64,000 nucleotides of DNA from Eledone cirrhosa (GCA_964016885.1 OZ024740.1:162378001-162442000); one strand, 5' to 3'; shown: positions 42,021 to 57,113, numbered from the stretch's first letter. Numbers and translations: made by a program. The notes: generated by a model from the sequence alone, not told the origin.

Positions 42021-42320
42021 CTTTCAGTCCTTGTCAAGCAATAATGTCACGTTAATCGGCTGTCGATTGGCGCCAGTATGCAACAGTCTCACATGGCACA
42101 ATACTGCCCATATATCTGTTTAACGGCAGGGCGTCCACCATGACAGGTGAGGTGACACACTGGTTGGATGACATTGCTGACAGCAATAATGAATATCTTT
42201 CTGCAACACCTTATATTATACACGTACACAAGCTTACACACACACACGTTGTCCATCATTCACTCACACATGCACACACATCTATTCATTTCTATCTCTT
42301 CTTAACTTTCACTCCCCATG

Positions 42321-42382
<62 letters not shown>

Positions 42383-42646
42383 TTTTTTCTTTCTGTGACT
42401 CTCACACACACACTCTCTCTTTCATACACACACACACACTCCCTCACGCACACATTGTCTCTCTCACGCACACACTCTCTCACACACACACACACACACA
42501 TACACACTCTCTCTCTCTCTCACACACACACTCTCTCTCTCACGCACACACCGTCTCTCTCTCTCTCACGCGCACACAGACACACTCACTCCCGCTCTCT
42601 CGCTTTCTCGCCCTCTCTCTCTCTCACACGCATACAATCTCTCTCA

Positions 42647-42689
<43 letters not shown>

Positions 42690-42780
42690 GTACACTCTCT
42701 CTCTTATTCTTCGCTCTCTAATAGTGGATACCATTAGAAGTAGGTAACCCCAAAAAAAGAATATTCTTCTCTTTCACACC

Positions 42781-42837
<57 letters not shown>

Positions 42838-43497
42838 GCTCTCTCTCTCTCTCTCTCACGCACATACACTCTTCCTCACGCACACTCTCTTACTTTATCT
42901 CACACACACACGCACACTCTCTCTCTCTTATTCTCTCGCTCTCTAATAGTGGATCATATTAGAAGTAGCTAACCCAAAAGAAAAAGAAAAAGATAACAAT
43001 TGTATCTTTCAGAACTAGCATGGTCTACCTTCTACCTTCGGTCATTTACATAATCCTGTCTTTGACAGGGAACTGCTGGATCTTATTTAGTAGATCGTCT
43101 CATCGTATCTTGTGTTTGGCTTAATTGTATTTTCGTCAGAAAATACAAGAAAAATACTATCATGACCCGGAGAGGGAGAAAAGGAAAGATAGACGGAAAG
43201 AAGGAAAGTAAGAAGTAAAAAGAACGAAAGAAAGCAAAGACTATATAGTATGGAATTGTACGAGTGTCTACTGATTTAAGTTTAGTGTTTGTATTAACAA
43301 GCTCAATGTTTGTGTTGCGAGCTGCCAGCAACGTCCTATGCATCTTTACTTAACTACCATCCACCCTTACACATATCAGTATTTCCTACCAACCAACATC
43401 TACTATAAACTGAACAAAGCTGAATCTAACCAAACACCAAACGAAGAACCAACAATTCGTTATTTTCATTCGGCTAAGAAAAAGTACACACACACAC

Positions 43498-43603
<106 letters not shown>

Positions 43604-43691
43604 GTGTGTATATATATATATACATATATATATATACACATATATATACATGTATATATATACATGTATATATATATATATATATATGTAT

Positions 43692-43752
<61 letters not shown>

Positions 43753-43764
43753 TATACATGTATG

Positions 43765-43806
<42 letters not shown>

Positions 43807-43818
43807 TATACATGTATT

Positions 43819-43852
<34 letters not shown>

Positions 43853-43853
43853 T

Positions 43854-43922
<69 letters not shown>

Positions 43923-43923
43923 T

Positions 43924-43964
<41 letters not shown>

Positions 43965-43965
43965 T

Positions 43966-44032
<67 letters not shown>

Positions 44033-44181
44033 TGTGTGTGTGTGGGTGTGGGTGTGGGTGTGTGTGTGTGTGTGTGTGTGCTGTCTGTGTGTATAAAATT
44101 TCATGCAAAGAAAGAATAGCAACGGAAAAAACAAGGTAAACAAGTTATTAGCTGGACGATTTGTTTGTAGAAATAGAAAGT

Positions 44182-44219
44182 TCTTTGACGTTTCGAGTAA
44201 AATGTCGTCGTCGGAAAGA
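44182..44219 (-). ncRNA. Minimal hammerhead-like motif, U4C core
   Basis: Minus strand: tcttt-CCGACGA-cgacattttactc-GAAA-cgt-C-aaaga. Confidence 0.55.
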
Positions 44220-44359
44220 GAGAATGAGAAAGGAATATTATAATAAAAGAGTAGAGTTACACGTGTGGAATAATTAACACTTCTTCTTCTTCTTCTTCTT
44301 GAGAGTTTGGCTTTTACATTTACCTCTCTTCTTCAGATTTTTGCATTTAATTACAATTT

Positions 44360-45120
44360 TTGCACCCAATTAAGCCTCCTGCCTTCCAGCACTCGTGAAC
44401 ACAGCCCTGAGATACTTGAACTTCTCTACCTGCTTCGGTAGAACTCCATTCACATGTCTGATGAGTGTCTCAGTTTTCGCAGCACTGGGATACTCACAAG
44501 TCCTCGACTGCCAAAATAAGTTATGGACTGGGTCCCATTATGAAGGAGGATTTACCTCTGGAAACTTAGGCTGAAAGATAGGTACCTGTGGGTGGTGCAA
44601 GTTTATGCAGCAGACAAGAAGTTCGAATACAGCTCCTTCCTTGATGCGGTCACTGTAGCACTAGATATAGTTACGACTGAGTCATATATCCTGATGAGAG
44701 ACTTCAATGCACATGTTGGCATTGACCACCTGATATAGAAATGATTGATCGAAAGGAACGGCGACCCCGATTTAAATACGAATGGAGAGACCTTACTAGA
44801 CTTCTGTTCTAGCAATGGACTCTCTATTATGAACACCGTCTTCCAGTACAGAGACATCCATAAATATACATGGTATAAGGGGAATCAGGGACAGAGATCA
44901 ATAATTGATTTTGTTATTATCTCTGATCTCATTGATTCAGTGCTGGATGTTCGTGTTAAGAGAGGGGCTGAGCTGTCAACTGATCACCATCTCGTTATCT
45001 GCGACTTGCGATTACCTAAATTCAAAGAAGCTCACAAAACTGGACGGTCCAGAGCGACCTACAGGAAAAAGGGGTAGCATTGGTGGATAAGGAAGTCAGG
45101 ACTAGGTACCTCGTTGTGAT
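44360..45120 (+). mobile_element. RTE-clade LINE relic: APE endonuclease (+, about 44560-45080) and an inverted RT-end piece (-, about 44360-44490)
   Basis: DFNAHVG..NTNGETLLDFC..LSIMNTVF..HKYTW..SIIDFVI..DVRVKRGAELSTDHHLV. Minus strand reads QVEKFKYL. Confidence 0.85.
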
Positions 45121-45800
45121 TAATGAAAGGCATTTTCTAAGGACAGAAGAATTTATGTCGCCACATAACAAGCCCTACCCGCCTCAATCATACTTACCAA
45201 CCCGCAATGCTTAGCATTGATGCCCGTGCGACATTCGGGCATGGTTCGCCGTTATAATAACATAAATTGGCTGACTAACTTCGAATCAAATCTGTACTCT
45301 CTTTATAATCTCTGTTTGTGTTCGCCGTAATACTGTTATCTTATATAACTAATTATTGCGATGAAATGCATCATGATCGGATGATTAAACTGGGCCATAG
45401 AAATATGTATAGTGTTTTTGCAGAATTGAAATTAGAATTATAAAAAGAAAGTTTCCAATCTGGCCTTCTGGTATTTTTAATATGTATGTATATATATATT
45501 TGTATGTACGGTCCCGTAACTCCATTTTAAGCTTGACGGAGTCCATCCCTCTCTAGGCCTGAGTACAGCAGATTTCTTCCAGAGAAAGTTAGAACGCGCG
45601 AGAGAGAGGAAATGAGAAAGAGAAGAAGAATCTACCCCAGTGCTAGACTGGTACTTTTCTATCGACCTCGAAAGGATGAAAGTCAAAGTTGACCTCGGCG
45701 GGATTTGAACTCCGAGAGCAGAGCGCCTGAACGAGCCAATATATATATTTATACACACACACACACACGTGTTTGTGTGTGTGTGTGTGAGAGAGAGAGA

Positions 45801-45877
<77 letters not shown>

Positions 45878-46911
45878 TGTGTGTGTGTGTGTGTGTGTTT
45901 ATTAGTGGAAGTAGCGGATCTACCGTGAGCTGGGCGGTTTCTGCTAGTTCTTTGATTTGTAGTCTTCCTACCACAAACTATCACAAACTATCAATATTTA
46001 AATATATAATCAATATTGTTAATATTAACCATTCCATGTCGTATAGAATATCTGTTGGTCAACATCCGCCATGTTCTATTTTATATTTGTGTAGAACTAC
46101 TACAGATCCGACGACAAATTCGTTCCAGTTGTACGAACAATGGACCAGCTTGTTCCTTAAATTAACATAGAAGGGGTTGAAAATTCCACAGATCTGTGGA
46201 TCTTTAACATAGGTCTCACAGAGATTCAATGTGTCATAGTGTGTGATTACGCTGGTCCATTGAATTACAGGTATAACAAATATTTTGCCACTTGAATGAA
46301 CTAGAACAATGTGAAATCAAAATGTCTTTATCAAGGACACAATGCGCTGCTAGAAATCGAATTACGACTTTACGATCGTACGCCGATCACCTTAACCAGC
46401 AAACCAGGCACCGTCCTATGGTTTATTTGGACAGTTTTTGTAGCATGCTGGAAAAAAAGGAAAACAGAATGAAATTGTAAAGGAAACAAAGATGGAAAAA
46501 AGATATGAAGAAAAAAGAAAAGACAAAAGGAAGAAAGAAATAAAGAAAAAATAGGAAGACAGCAATGATGGAAAGAAGAAAGAAAGAAAGAAAAAATAAA
46601 GAAATGAAGATATAAAGAAATAAAGAAGGAAGGAACGACAGAAAGGAAGAAGAAGTGAAAGGGAGAAAGAAAGTTGCAAAGATGAAAAGAAAAAAGAAAA
46701 GAAGATGAAAAGAAGGGAGAAGAAAGAAAGTAATGGTGAAAAACAATGAAAGAAAGAAAGATGGAAGGAAAGAAAGATGAACAAAAGGAAAGATGAAAAG
46801 AAAGAGAGAAAGACAAAAAGTAAGAACGTAAAAAAGAAAGGCAGAAGAAGAAAGTAAGAAATAAATAAATAAAGATAGTAAATAGACAGACATACAGACA
46901 GACAGACAGAC

Positions 46912-46950
<39 letters not shown>

Positions 46951-47386
46951 AATAGAGATAGATAGATAGATAGATAGGTAGGAAGACACCAATGGTCTGT
47001 CGTCAGAACCAATGCCTATTGCAGCGAAAAGACATGACAAACTGGGAAAGAAAACAAAATGCTAAGTACATATATTTAGGCATTGTTGAAACAAATCGAT
47101 AGATCGGGCGTGAAAAAAGATGCTTGAATAGCAACGACCTCTGCTACCTTTCCTTAGTCTTGTGTTTGTCAATATGACAGCTAGGGCCAATGTTTGGTGC
47201 TCTGAACGTTTGACACTTGCTTGCACCCTTGCTCTTCCACCATAGAACATCTTTAGTAACACCTTGTATAGTAAAAAAGAGTACATAATTATCACTACTT
47301 TTTATATTTATCTATTTATTCTCCACACAAACACAAACACACACACACACATGCCCCCCCCCCCCCAAAAAAAAAACCACACACGT

Positions 47387-47425
<39 letters not shown>

Positions 47426-47448
47426 TACACACAAACATACACGTACAT

Positions 47449-47509
<61 letters not shown>

Positions 47510-47914
47510 TACATACACACACTTTCTAGTTACGATTACCAAGCAGATAGATGATATAAAACATATAAATATAAACTAAACCATATGCCCCTTGTTGCTT
47601 GAGGAATTCTGAAGGCGTTTTGTATGTTCATGTTTTTTTACAACTAATTTTAAATCTCATGCATTGTTGTTATCGTAGTTGTTGTACTTGTTGCTGTTGT
47701 TTTGTTTTTGTTGTTATTTTATTTTTGTTGTTGTTTTGTTATTGCTGTTTGTTTAGCCCCTGGTCAGCTCTAGCTGAACATATTTATACAGGTGTATAAA
47801 GGTGTATATAAAGGTGTGGTTACTTGAGTTATTCTGAAGTATACGTTTGATTTTTTTACAACTAACTTTAAACTAATATGAGATTTGGCAGTATCTTTAG
47901 ACTGTCGTACAACA

Positions 47915-48622
47915 TGCTATATGGCATAAAGTTACGCCCCTTTACGACCTGAGTTCAAATCTTGCTGAGGTTGGCTTTGCCTTTCATTCTTAAGGGGTCG
48001 ATAATCTAAAGTACCACTAATGCACTGGGGTCGATTTAATCGATTTTCCCCTGTCTCAAAATTGTTCACATTGTGACTAAATCAGATACCAATGAGATGT
48101 GGTTGCTGCTGCTGCTGTTTCTGATCTTCTTGATAGTGTTGGTACTGTTGTTGTTGTTGCTGATATTGCAGTTGTAGTTATTGCTGTTCCAGCAAACCTA
48201 TAATTAAAGTTGCCCCAGGTATGTCGTGTGTGATTTTTTGTATTGTTTCAAGGATAATAAGGAAGAAATCAGTCAATTAAATCGAACCCCACCGCTCAAT
48301 AGGTTCTGCTATATCTTTCATCGAAATTTAAAATATAAAAAGTAAAATCGATCACAACTGCCAGGTATTTTGTCTGGCGTTCAATCAATTTTGCCATTCA
48401 TTTGACTTAAGTTTTAATAATGGTTTCTGATTTAGGCACAAGCCCAATAATTGTGGGGGAGGGGAAAGTCGACCCCAGTGGGTTACTGGTACATTATGAT
48501 ATCGATCCTCTATGGAGGAAAGGTAAATCTTACCTCGGCGGGATTTCATTTCAGAACCTAAAATACTGTAAATATATGCTGTAAAGCATGTTGGCCGACC
48601 CTCTACCGACACTGTCAATCCA
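47915..48622. mobile_element. Two SINE copies (47915-48092 +, 48416-48622 -); another at 45630-45735 (-)
   Basis: Conserved SINE core. Confidence 0.8.
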
Positions 48623-49149
48623 CTGGAGGTCACAAATTTGAGATACGGATGAAGTTTTTTAATTGATCCAAGTACTTGACTGTGAAAGCACGTGGCCGAG
48701 TGATTAGTGTGTTGGACTATAACGAGGGTTCGAATCTTAGACTAGAGGGCGCGTTGGGTTCTTGAACCAGATGCTTCGTTTCACGTTGATTTTTCATGAT
48801 AGAACTGAGTCATTATAACACCCCGACGAGATGCAACCTTGTAGGAAGCCGAGTAAACCTGCATAGGTTTCAGCTGTACATTTCAATTAATTTCAAAAGT
48901 ATTTACTTTATGGTGTTTCAACTGAGCCCATTCGTATATACAATAAAACGTTTACAAAATTGTTTCGAAATATTTTGAGATAAACCAAACAAAATTATAA
49001 CGAAATGTTGAAAAGAGTAAAGACATTATACAATAAGCTAAGACAAGTTTATTTTTTAAATTGTATAAAGTAATTAAATGAATATATAAAAAAAAAACAC
49101 ATTGACATAATTAAAATTTAAGCACAAAATCTCTTGGGCCAGCTCAGAG

Positions 49150-49700
49150 TTCTTAACTCAGTTCATCTTCATCTTGAATATCTTTCAACGCAACTACAAA
49201 TAGACTTCGTCTAATTTAGCTACTAGCTCCCGCTTCTTTCTATTTTTTTTCTAGCGCTATTTCTTTACTAAATCCTATCGACATTATTCTAATCTCTCTC
49301 TTGAGAGCCCCCACCACTTGTTGTTGACGATTCCCCCGTCAACTTAAACTTAACTAAAGTGACGACCTGGTTCCTGTAAGCCTTATGTGCCTCGAAAGAC
49401 ATTTTCAGCTTCCAGTAACCAGGCTCTAACCTGTGTGAGCTACCTAGGTCGACCACACAGATCATAAATTTGAGATCTAAATAGGCGACCGTTTGAAAAT
49501 GTGGACAATCTATACTATCCTTATCTACTGACTTAATAAAAAAAGCTATCTATATATGATCTAGATGACCTATGCTGTTGGTCTAGGTCCAAACTGGCGC
49601 ATTAAGGATATCTAGTCGGTATCAGGTCCTTGAGGCTTTTGCAACCCCACTCCTATCAGCTACTCCCACACAATCCCAGCGTGCGTCTGAGATGCCGTTC
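49150..49700 (-). mobile_element. Degraded copy of the Tx1/L1-type LINE (endonuclease C-terminus/linker)
   Basis: Reverse complement aligns with about 61250-61740 (PGYWKL, WWGALKREIR). Confidence 0.85.
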
Positions 49701-50477
49701 CATTTCCCCACTAACAGTAAAGGGCGAGAGGTTCCCAGAAAGGCCTTTACTGGTCTATTTGTTTTGAGATTGGGTCCATTCGCTTCTATAGCTCCCCTCT
49801 TCCTATTTTTTTTCTATACATGACTGTTTCTCTCCCTTCTCCAACTTTTCACTGTCACCACAAGATGATGGTGTACAACAGATGACCATAGCCTTTGATA
49901 TGCTCTGTGCTAAAGAAGGAAAGAGATTAACGTTCTGATGCCTCACTAATTTTTCCTTGATGCTGATGACTCCGTGAACAAGTCAATTTTGTTTGCTTGT
50001 GTTTAGTTTTACCAATTCTGTAATTATCATCTCCACTCTCTACCTGAGAGGAGATTCTATTGAGCTACAAATAAATGAAGCAAAATATTTGCAAAAACAT
50101 GTCTACAAAACTATCTAAGAACTTTTTTTCTACCCCAGAGAATGAGTTAGAGATTCAAACATTCCGAAGCGTTTTATTGTTAAAAAGAGCCATCAGAAAA
50201 AGAAACTAATCTAGGAAGGAATTATCTTCTAAGGGAAGCTTTATGAAACGTGACCGTCCATAGCATAAACAACAACAATTGGAGCAGTAGAAACAACAAC
50301 AACAACAGCAGTAGCAACAGTAGTAATAATAATTACAGTAAATGATAAGATGTTTATAATTCGACTGAGAAGATATAATACAGCATGCAATGTCTAGTAC
50401 TCATTATTGATGGCTAATTACAGACACTTGTCACGGATAAGAAAACGTGAATGTTTCTTTAATTCATTATCTTTTTC

Positions 50478-50848
50478 AGGGTCGGGCGCTATGCTTTGAC
50501 GTATAGAGTTACGGCCCTTGCCATTCTGAGTTCAAATCCCGCCGAGGTTAACTTTGCCTTTCATCCTTACGCGGTCGATAAAATAAAGTACCAGTAATGC
50601 TCTGGGTAATTTCTGGCCTTGTGCCAAACGTAGAAACAATTATCTTTTTCAAACACAAAGAGCGGTGAATTGGCAGTATCGGTAGAGGGTTGGACGCCAT
50701 GCTTTCTAGCATAGTTACGTCCCTTTACAGTCTGAGTTCAAATCCCGCCAAGGTTAACTTTGCCTTTCATCCTTACGGGGTCGATAAAATAAAGTACCAG
50801 TAATGTACTGGGTATTTGCTGGTCTTGTGCCTAAAGTAGAAACAATTA
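50478..50848 (+). mobile_element. Two head-to-tail SINE copies
   Basis: 50478-50643 and 50661-50848; attatctttttca recurs at each junction. Confidence 0.9.
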
Positions 50849-52869
50849 TCTTTTTCAAACACTTTTCCGCTGTCGTCATGAACACGATCGTGAAGATGTG
50901 GGGTGGCTTTGGTGGTGGTGGCGGATTTGATGATGATGATGCTTTGGTGATAGTGATGACAGTAGTGGTGATGAGGATGATGATGATGTTGTTGATGTTA
51001 ACTTACTGGTGTCTCGCCGAGGGGAAAGTCTTGCACTCTCAGTCGCTTAACCCCATACAATCCAGCCTAAGGAGCGTCTAGGCTCAAGACATACTTGCAA
51101 CATAACGTTGCCCACTGTGTGTTTGTTGTAAATTTGGTATGGTATCATTTGAAAGAGATTTAATTGCTATTTCTACGAATAACCCCACCGAGAGTATTTT
51201 GTTGGCCCGTGTTTGATTATTTTTCAGAATATAATTGTTTTTTAAGCACAAATAGAAAATCATGGCACAACCACTGTATCAGGCCCTATTTTATTACCAA
51301 TGTAGTGTAATATTTATTATCTTTCAAAAAGGCTATGAATTGTCTGCTGAATAAATTACCCAGAGACGTCATCCGTATGAAAATGAAGACAGCAAAGTTA
51401 ATGGAATTATAATTTTTCGAGCTATTAACCACAGCTTAAATGTCTGATAACGATCGGTCTGATTTCCGATCGTTATCAAACATTTAGGATTAAGACATCT
51501 GATAACATAATCAATGAACTTGGGTCAGTTAGTGAGTCTAAATGTGGTCGCTCAAAATGCTAGAAATAATAGCTAAGTCTTCTTCAAGCCATACCGTATA
51601 GTTAATGCAGACATAGTCAAGGGATTAGGAGGTTTTGGGAGGTCTCGGGTTCGGTTCCACTGCATGGCTTTTTGTGCACGTGTACTTTATCATTGCCTTG
51701 GATCAATCCAAGCTTTGTGAGTGAAATTGGATAGGCAGAAATGTGCGGAAGCCCATCGTATGGACAGTACCTGTAATCCAAAGGTCCAGCCTTCTCATAC
51801 TGTATGATACCGGTTCTAGAATTACATTAAGAATACACGTGACTATGGAATATTTAGCCACTTTACAGATCTTTCAGTTGATTAGGTAACTCGAATCCCC
51901 TTGTTCTCGGCGAGGGAGTTTATCATGTATACTTGAAAAAGAAATGACGGATTGGTTATGGTTGGGATATCTTTGATAGACATGCCAACCTTCAAAAATC
52001 CAAAGGGGTATACCATAAATAAAGAGACCCAAAACGGGAAGAAAATGTGCAGAAAACGAGAGATTTTTCATAATGAGAGTTATACCCATTTTCACAAAAG
52101 AAGACATCTCTCACCCACCCCAAAGTGGGTGAGAGATCTCCCCGTCCGACGAGGAGAGTTGACAGGTTTGCTTTGATCTGATCTTAGCAACAACAACAAC
52201 TACAATACGTAATAATGTCTTATCCCTTTGATGAAGCAGCCTTGAATATTTCCTCTAAACTTAAGTGGCAGGCAGATAATCCATAAATATTTTCTTTTAT
52301 TTCCTATCAATTCTCTTATGACACTAATTTTATGTAAATACTATAAAACAGATTTACACAGCTTGTTGTGTCATCTAAGACAATTTAGGCACTTGTCTTC
52401 CTTAATCACGTGTCGCTTTCTTGACACAGAAAACACGCTCCTCTCAAGCAAGCAATAAGAACAACAACGGTAATAATATTATTAAAAACAATAATAATTA
52501 CAACAACAATATTAACAACATTATCCCCGATTAAGAGAATATAACAACAGAAAGAAGCATTTCTTTCGTGAAAGCTTTGGAGCATTGATATTTTTCTTTA
52601 TTTTTTTTTGCCACGCTAAATTTGGCAGCTGAAAGGATTTGGGATTAGCGTCTACATTAATCTGAACTCAATAATTCAGTTCAATTCTAAAAGGTATTGA
52701 TAAATGATCTTATATCTCTAATTAATCAATCAATTTACTTTCGTGAGTTAATGTATGCGTGTGTGTTTTTCTTTTTATTTAGTTATTAACATAAACCTTC
52801 GTGGTTAATCGTGTATCTGATGGCATTTCTTTTTATGTAATGATATTTCATATTTTCGCTTTCTTTAGA

Positions 52870-53630
52870 TAATAATTGTTTTTAGCATGGGCACACGGCT
52901 AAAAATGGGGTGATAGCAAGAGCTAATTGATTAAATGAACCCCGGTATATTAATGGATGAAAGGTGAAGTTAATCTCGGCAGAATTTGAACTCAAGACAA
53001 AGAGCTGGAACATATACTGCAAAGCATTTATCCAACGCTCGAGCGATCCTGCGAATCCACGCCTTACCGTTTTTGTATAATAATTGTTTCTACTTTTGAC
53101 ACAAGGCCAGCAATTACCCAGTGTATTACTGGTGCTTTATTTTATCGACCCTGTAAGGATGAATGGCAAAGTTAACCTCGGCGGGATTTGAACTCAGACC
53201 ATAAAGGGCCGTAACTCTTTGCTGCAAAGCGTCAGACCGTCTAGCGATATTGCCAATCCACCGTTTTTTGCATAATAATTAAATAATGGTTTCTTATATA
53301 GGCACAAAGCCAGCAATTTGGGGGGAGGGGAAGTCGATTAAATCGACCCCAATGCGCGACTGGTACTTTATTTTATCGACCCCGTAAGGATGAAAGGCAA
53401 AGTTAACCTCGACGGGATTTGAACTCAGACCATAAAGGGCCGGAACTCTTTGCTGCAAAGCATGGCGTCAGACCCTCTATCGATACTGCCAATCCACCGC
53501 TTTTTGCATAATAATGAAATAATTGTTTCTACGTTAGGCACAAGGCCAGCAATTACCCAGTGGATTACTGGTACTTTATTTTATCGACCCAGTAAGGATG
53601 AAAGGCAAAGTTAACCTTGGCGGGATTCAA
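52870..53630 (-). mobile_element. Stack of four same-orientation SINEs
   Basis: About 52870-53060, 53079-53263, 53283-53500 and 53519-53630; spacer ccg(t/c)ttttg(c/t)ataa..aataat repeated. Confidence 0.9.
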
Positions 53631-54295
53631 AGCTAATTGATTATCTCATGTAACAACATAATTCTTCCTTTTCTTTTTACTGCTTTAATCAGAGAAGGAA
53701 GGACAATCCTTATGGTAGTTTTCATGACTTCCAAAATTGATTTTAGGAAGTGAGTAATGGAGTGAGGAAAATATCCTCAAATTGTTAGAAGTTTTGACTC
53801 GAATGCTTCGTACAGAGTGCGAACAAGGTGGTGTTAAACTTGGCGACGGTTTAAGTTTAAATTTAAGGTGTTATTGTTTAACCCTAAGCCAACCTTAATT
53901 AAGCAAATATTATCAAAGTCATGACCATTCCCATCTTTTTATATATCAAATATTGTATTGTCCAAACGTATGTTTCCTTTCTTAAGACGACAGATCGTGA
54001 TTTGATGAAGCAAATCGAATGACTACACAAAGGCTCTCTTAAATCAAATTAAAATATCATGGAGATTTTTTTTTATATAACGCCTATGAGGGAGCCTCTG
54101 TTAGTTATTCGAACCGTTAGGTATATCACCCAAATATCCCTCAACTGATGCACTCCATAATTATAAAAATAGTAAATGAATATTGAATAATCTAGTTTTT
54201 GATGTATGGACCCATAAAACTTGATGGAGTTGTACGGACGTTTCTTGGGCATTTTGAACCAGTGCGTTGTTTCAATAGAAAGAAAGAGTGATGGA

Positions 54296-54326
<31 letters not shown>

Positions 54327-54360
54327 TGGTAGAGAGGAAACGAGGCAGAGATATAGAGAA

Positions 54361-54550
54361 ATAATTGTTTCTACTTTTTGGCACAAGGCCAGCAATTACC
54401 CAGTACATTACTGGTACTTTATTTTATCGACCCCGTAAGGATGAAAGGCAAAGTTAACCTCGACGGGATTTGAACTCAGACCGTAAAGGGACGTAACTAT
54501 GCTGGAAAGCATGGCGTCCGACCCTCTGCCGATACTGCCAATTCACCGCC
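54361..54550 (-). mobile_element. Young full-length SINE with about 20-bp TSD
   Basis: cagagatatagagaaataat at 54346-54365 and 54550-54569. Similar copies at 58340-58526 (-, TSD ctggaaataat) and 59172-59357 (+). Confidence 0.92.
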
Positions 54551-55010
54551 AGAGATATAGAGAAATAATAGGCCCCCACTACTTCACTGATACATATTTA
54601 TCGACCTCGATAGGATAAAAGGCAAAGCTGACGTCGTCGGAGTTTGAACTCAGAACGCAGAGAGTCGGATCGAATACTGCATGGTAATCTATCAGATGTT
54701 TTGACGACTGCTAATTCACCGTCTTATAGTTTTAGATACAGTATACGTCAAAAAAGAGAAACAGAGATATACTTCATGCGCTCAAACATATGTGTATGTA
54801 TGTACGCATGAGTATGTATGTGTGTGTTTATTGTATTTATAAATGTACACAAAGTAAAAAGAAAGGATTTCCTCGTCGGTTTTGAAGAGGTGTATTGCAG
54901 TTTTTCTACCAAACTGAACTGCCTCCTCATTGAATTATCGTATGACTGTGCATTCCTAATAAACGTGTGCCCTTAATGTAATAAATACTTAAATAGAAAA
55001 ATCGCTACAC

Positions 55011-55338
55011 AAGAGGTTCTCAAACCTTTTTGGCCACCGCCCACCTCACGGCAACGTAATATCCTCAACGCCCAACCCCTATTTCAAGAGAGACCTGCCT
55101 ACACGCAAATTATAAATAACATATAATAAATAAAATCGTCAATTTATATATAATAAATAATATACTATATACTATGTGTAAATAAATATGTTTTATTTTA
55201 CTATATTTACATATAATATGTATCATTTGATATTTAATATACTACTATATAATCTCTACTGCTCCCCCACGGCCCCCTAACCCTAAACCCTAACCCTGAC
55301 CATCCCCAAGATGGTAGCGCCCACTTTCAGAACCTTTG
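55011..55338. mobile_element. hAT-type MITE
   Basis: TIRs aagaggttctcaaa / tttcagaacctttg; degenerate 8-bp TSD cgctacac / cgttacaa. Confidence 0.65.
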
Positions 55339-55746
55339 CGTTACAATAAGCTGACCCTCTTTGAATTATAGGTACAGCCAGTCCATTCAGCGATGTTATC
55401 AAACAGTTGCCGTTCACCCAAGTTCACATACATAGTGTGAGCTGATCCAATATTAAGGTAAAAACACACTAGCGCTTATTGCCACGCTGTAGGATTGAAC
55501 CAGAGTTTTCATAGTAACAAATCAAACTTCTTAAGAACTCAACCATGCCGATAATCCCGTATTGCTGCACACACATAAGTATTACATATGCTCATATATT
55601 TTATATTTAAGACATAGATTCACATATTTGCTCGTGTTCTACTCATAGAAACAATGTGAACTATATAAATATTTATGTGCATACAGACATCCACAAATAC
55701 ACACACACAAGCATATATATATATATAAATACACACACACACACAC

Positions 55747-55790
<44 letters not shown>

Positions 55791-57017
55791 ATGTGGTTGG
55801 CGTACATATGTGAATTCGAATGAATAATTTTAAAGACCATGCATTGACTAAAAGGCGAACATTGAAATGTCAGCTAACCTGAGAATATAGTTTTCATTCC
55901 ATTGGAACATCCTGAAGGAAGTAAATAAAACAATGAAATCACAAATGAAATAAAGCAATATGCCAATAGAGATGTGTAAGCGTGACCTTTGTTCCATTGA
56001 TATTTAATGTCAGTGGTTAGCAGAGAATGTTCCGGTCAGTGGTTGTTAGTCTCTTGTTAGTCATTTGGCACAAATGACCGGTGAAAAACACTGGACATCA
56101 AATTTATGGCGAACTTAATAAGATGGGGAAATATTCAAAGGATGTGGTTTTCACAGAGAACATAGTTAATGAGCCGAAGAAAATATTTAATCAATTGAAA
56201 TTACAGTCGTTATGAGAAAATAAAAGTCATTGGCGTTAATAACAATTGATAGTGAGAAAGGCAAAGGGAAAAAAACCACGGAAGTTTAAGTTGATTAAAA
56301 ATTAATTGGAGACTTGCAATAGTTTTTTGTCTCTTAGTCAGGTGTAAAGGCAACACCTATGACCTTTTTCTGGACCTCAGGCATTGGTGGGAAGATGACA
56401 AGAAGGTATCCTCAAACTGAAGATATGGCCCCAATGATTACAACAGAGTGGTCTCCGTAAAAGGTACTCAAGGTCAAGGCGGCGTTGTTAAAATGGGTGC
56501 CAGTTAAAATCTGCTATACAAATAACCAACGACCGTATTTGAGCGCAGAAGGCATTGAGCCGGAACAAATAACGCAAAGCGTCTCGTTCAACGCTCTAAT
56601 GATTACACTAGTCCACTGCCATTGGATGATATTTTATTTATAGATTCTAGAAGCATGAAAGACAAAGTTAACCTTCGTTGGATGATAGAAACCAATTGAT
56701 AACCAAAAGACAAATGTAATCTACAATAATGTTCATAAATGCTATTGACTTATCTCCTCATTTTGTTTATAATTTCTATTGATTTGATACCATTTTAGAC
56801 TCATCATATTAATTATGGCAGCCCGCACTTAGCTACTTATTATTCGTCCAAAAACCACCCTCGGCAGAACTATTGATGTTATTATTTTAATTTTCCGAAA
56901 TTGTCTATTATTTCTTCGGAGGTATTGGTAAGTGTGTTAATTATACTTCATTGATGAGGGTAATAAGACCAAAATATGTCCAGAATTTCTCTCTCTCGCC
57001 CTGTCTCTCTCTCTTTC

Positions 57018-57110
<93 letters not shown>

Positions 57111-57113
<3 letters not shown>

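Noticed and set aside
43085-43148. Minus-strand CTGACGA
   Set aside because: No properly placed GAAA or stems; it is the loop of a small hairpin.
52140-52170. Minus-strand TCCTCGT as an HDV ribozyme loop
   Set aside because: The P3 strands do not pair; context resembles a LINE 3' UTR.
55275-55299. (CCCTAA)-like telomeric repeats
   Set aside because: Only four degenerate units inside a MITE.
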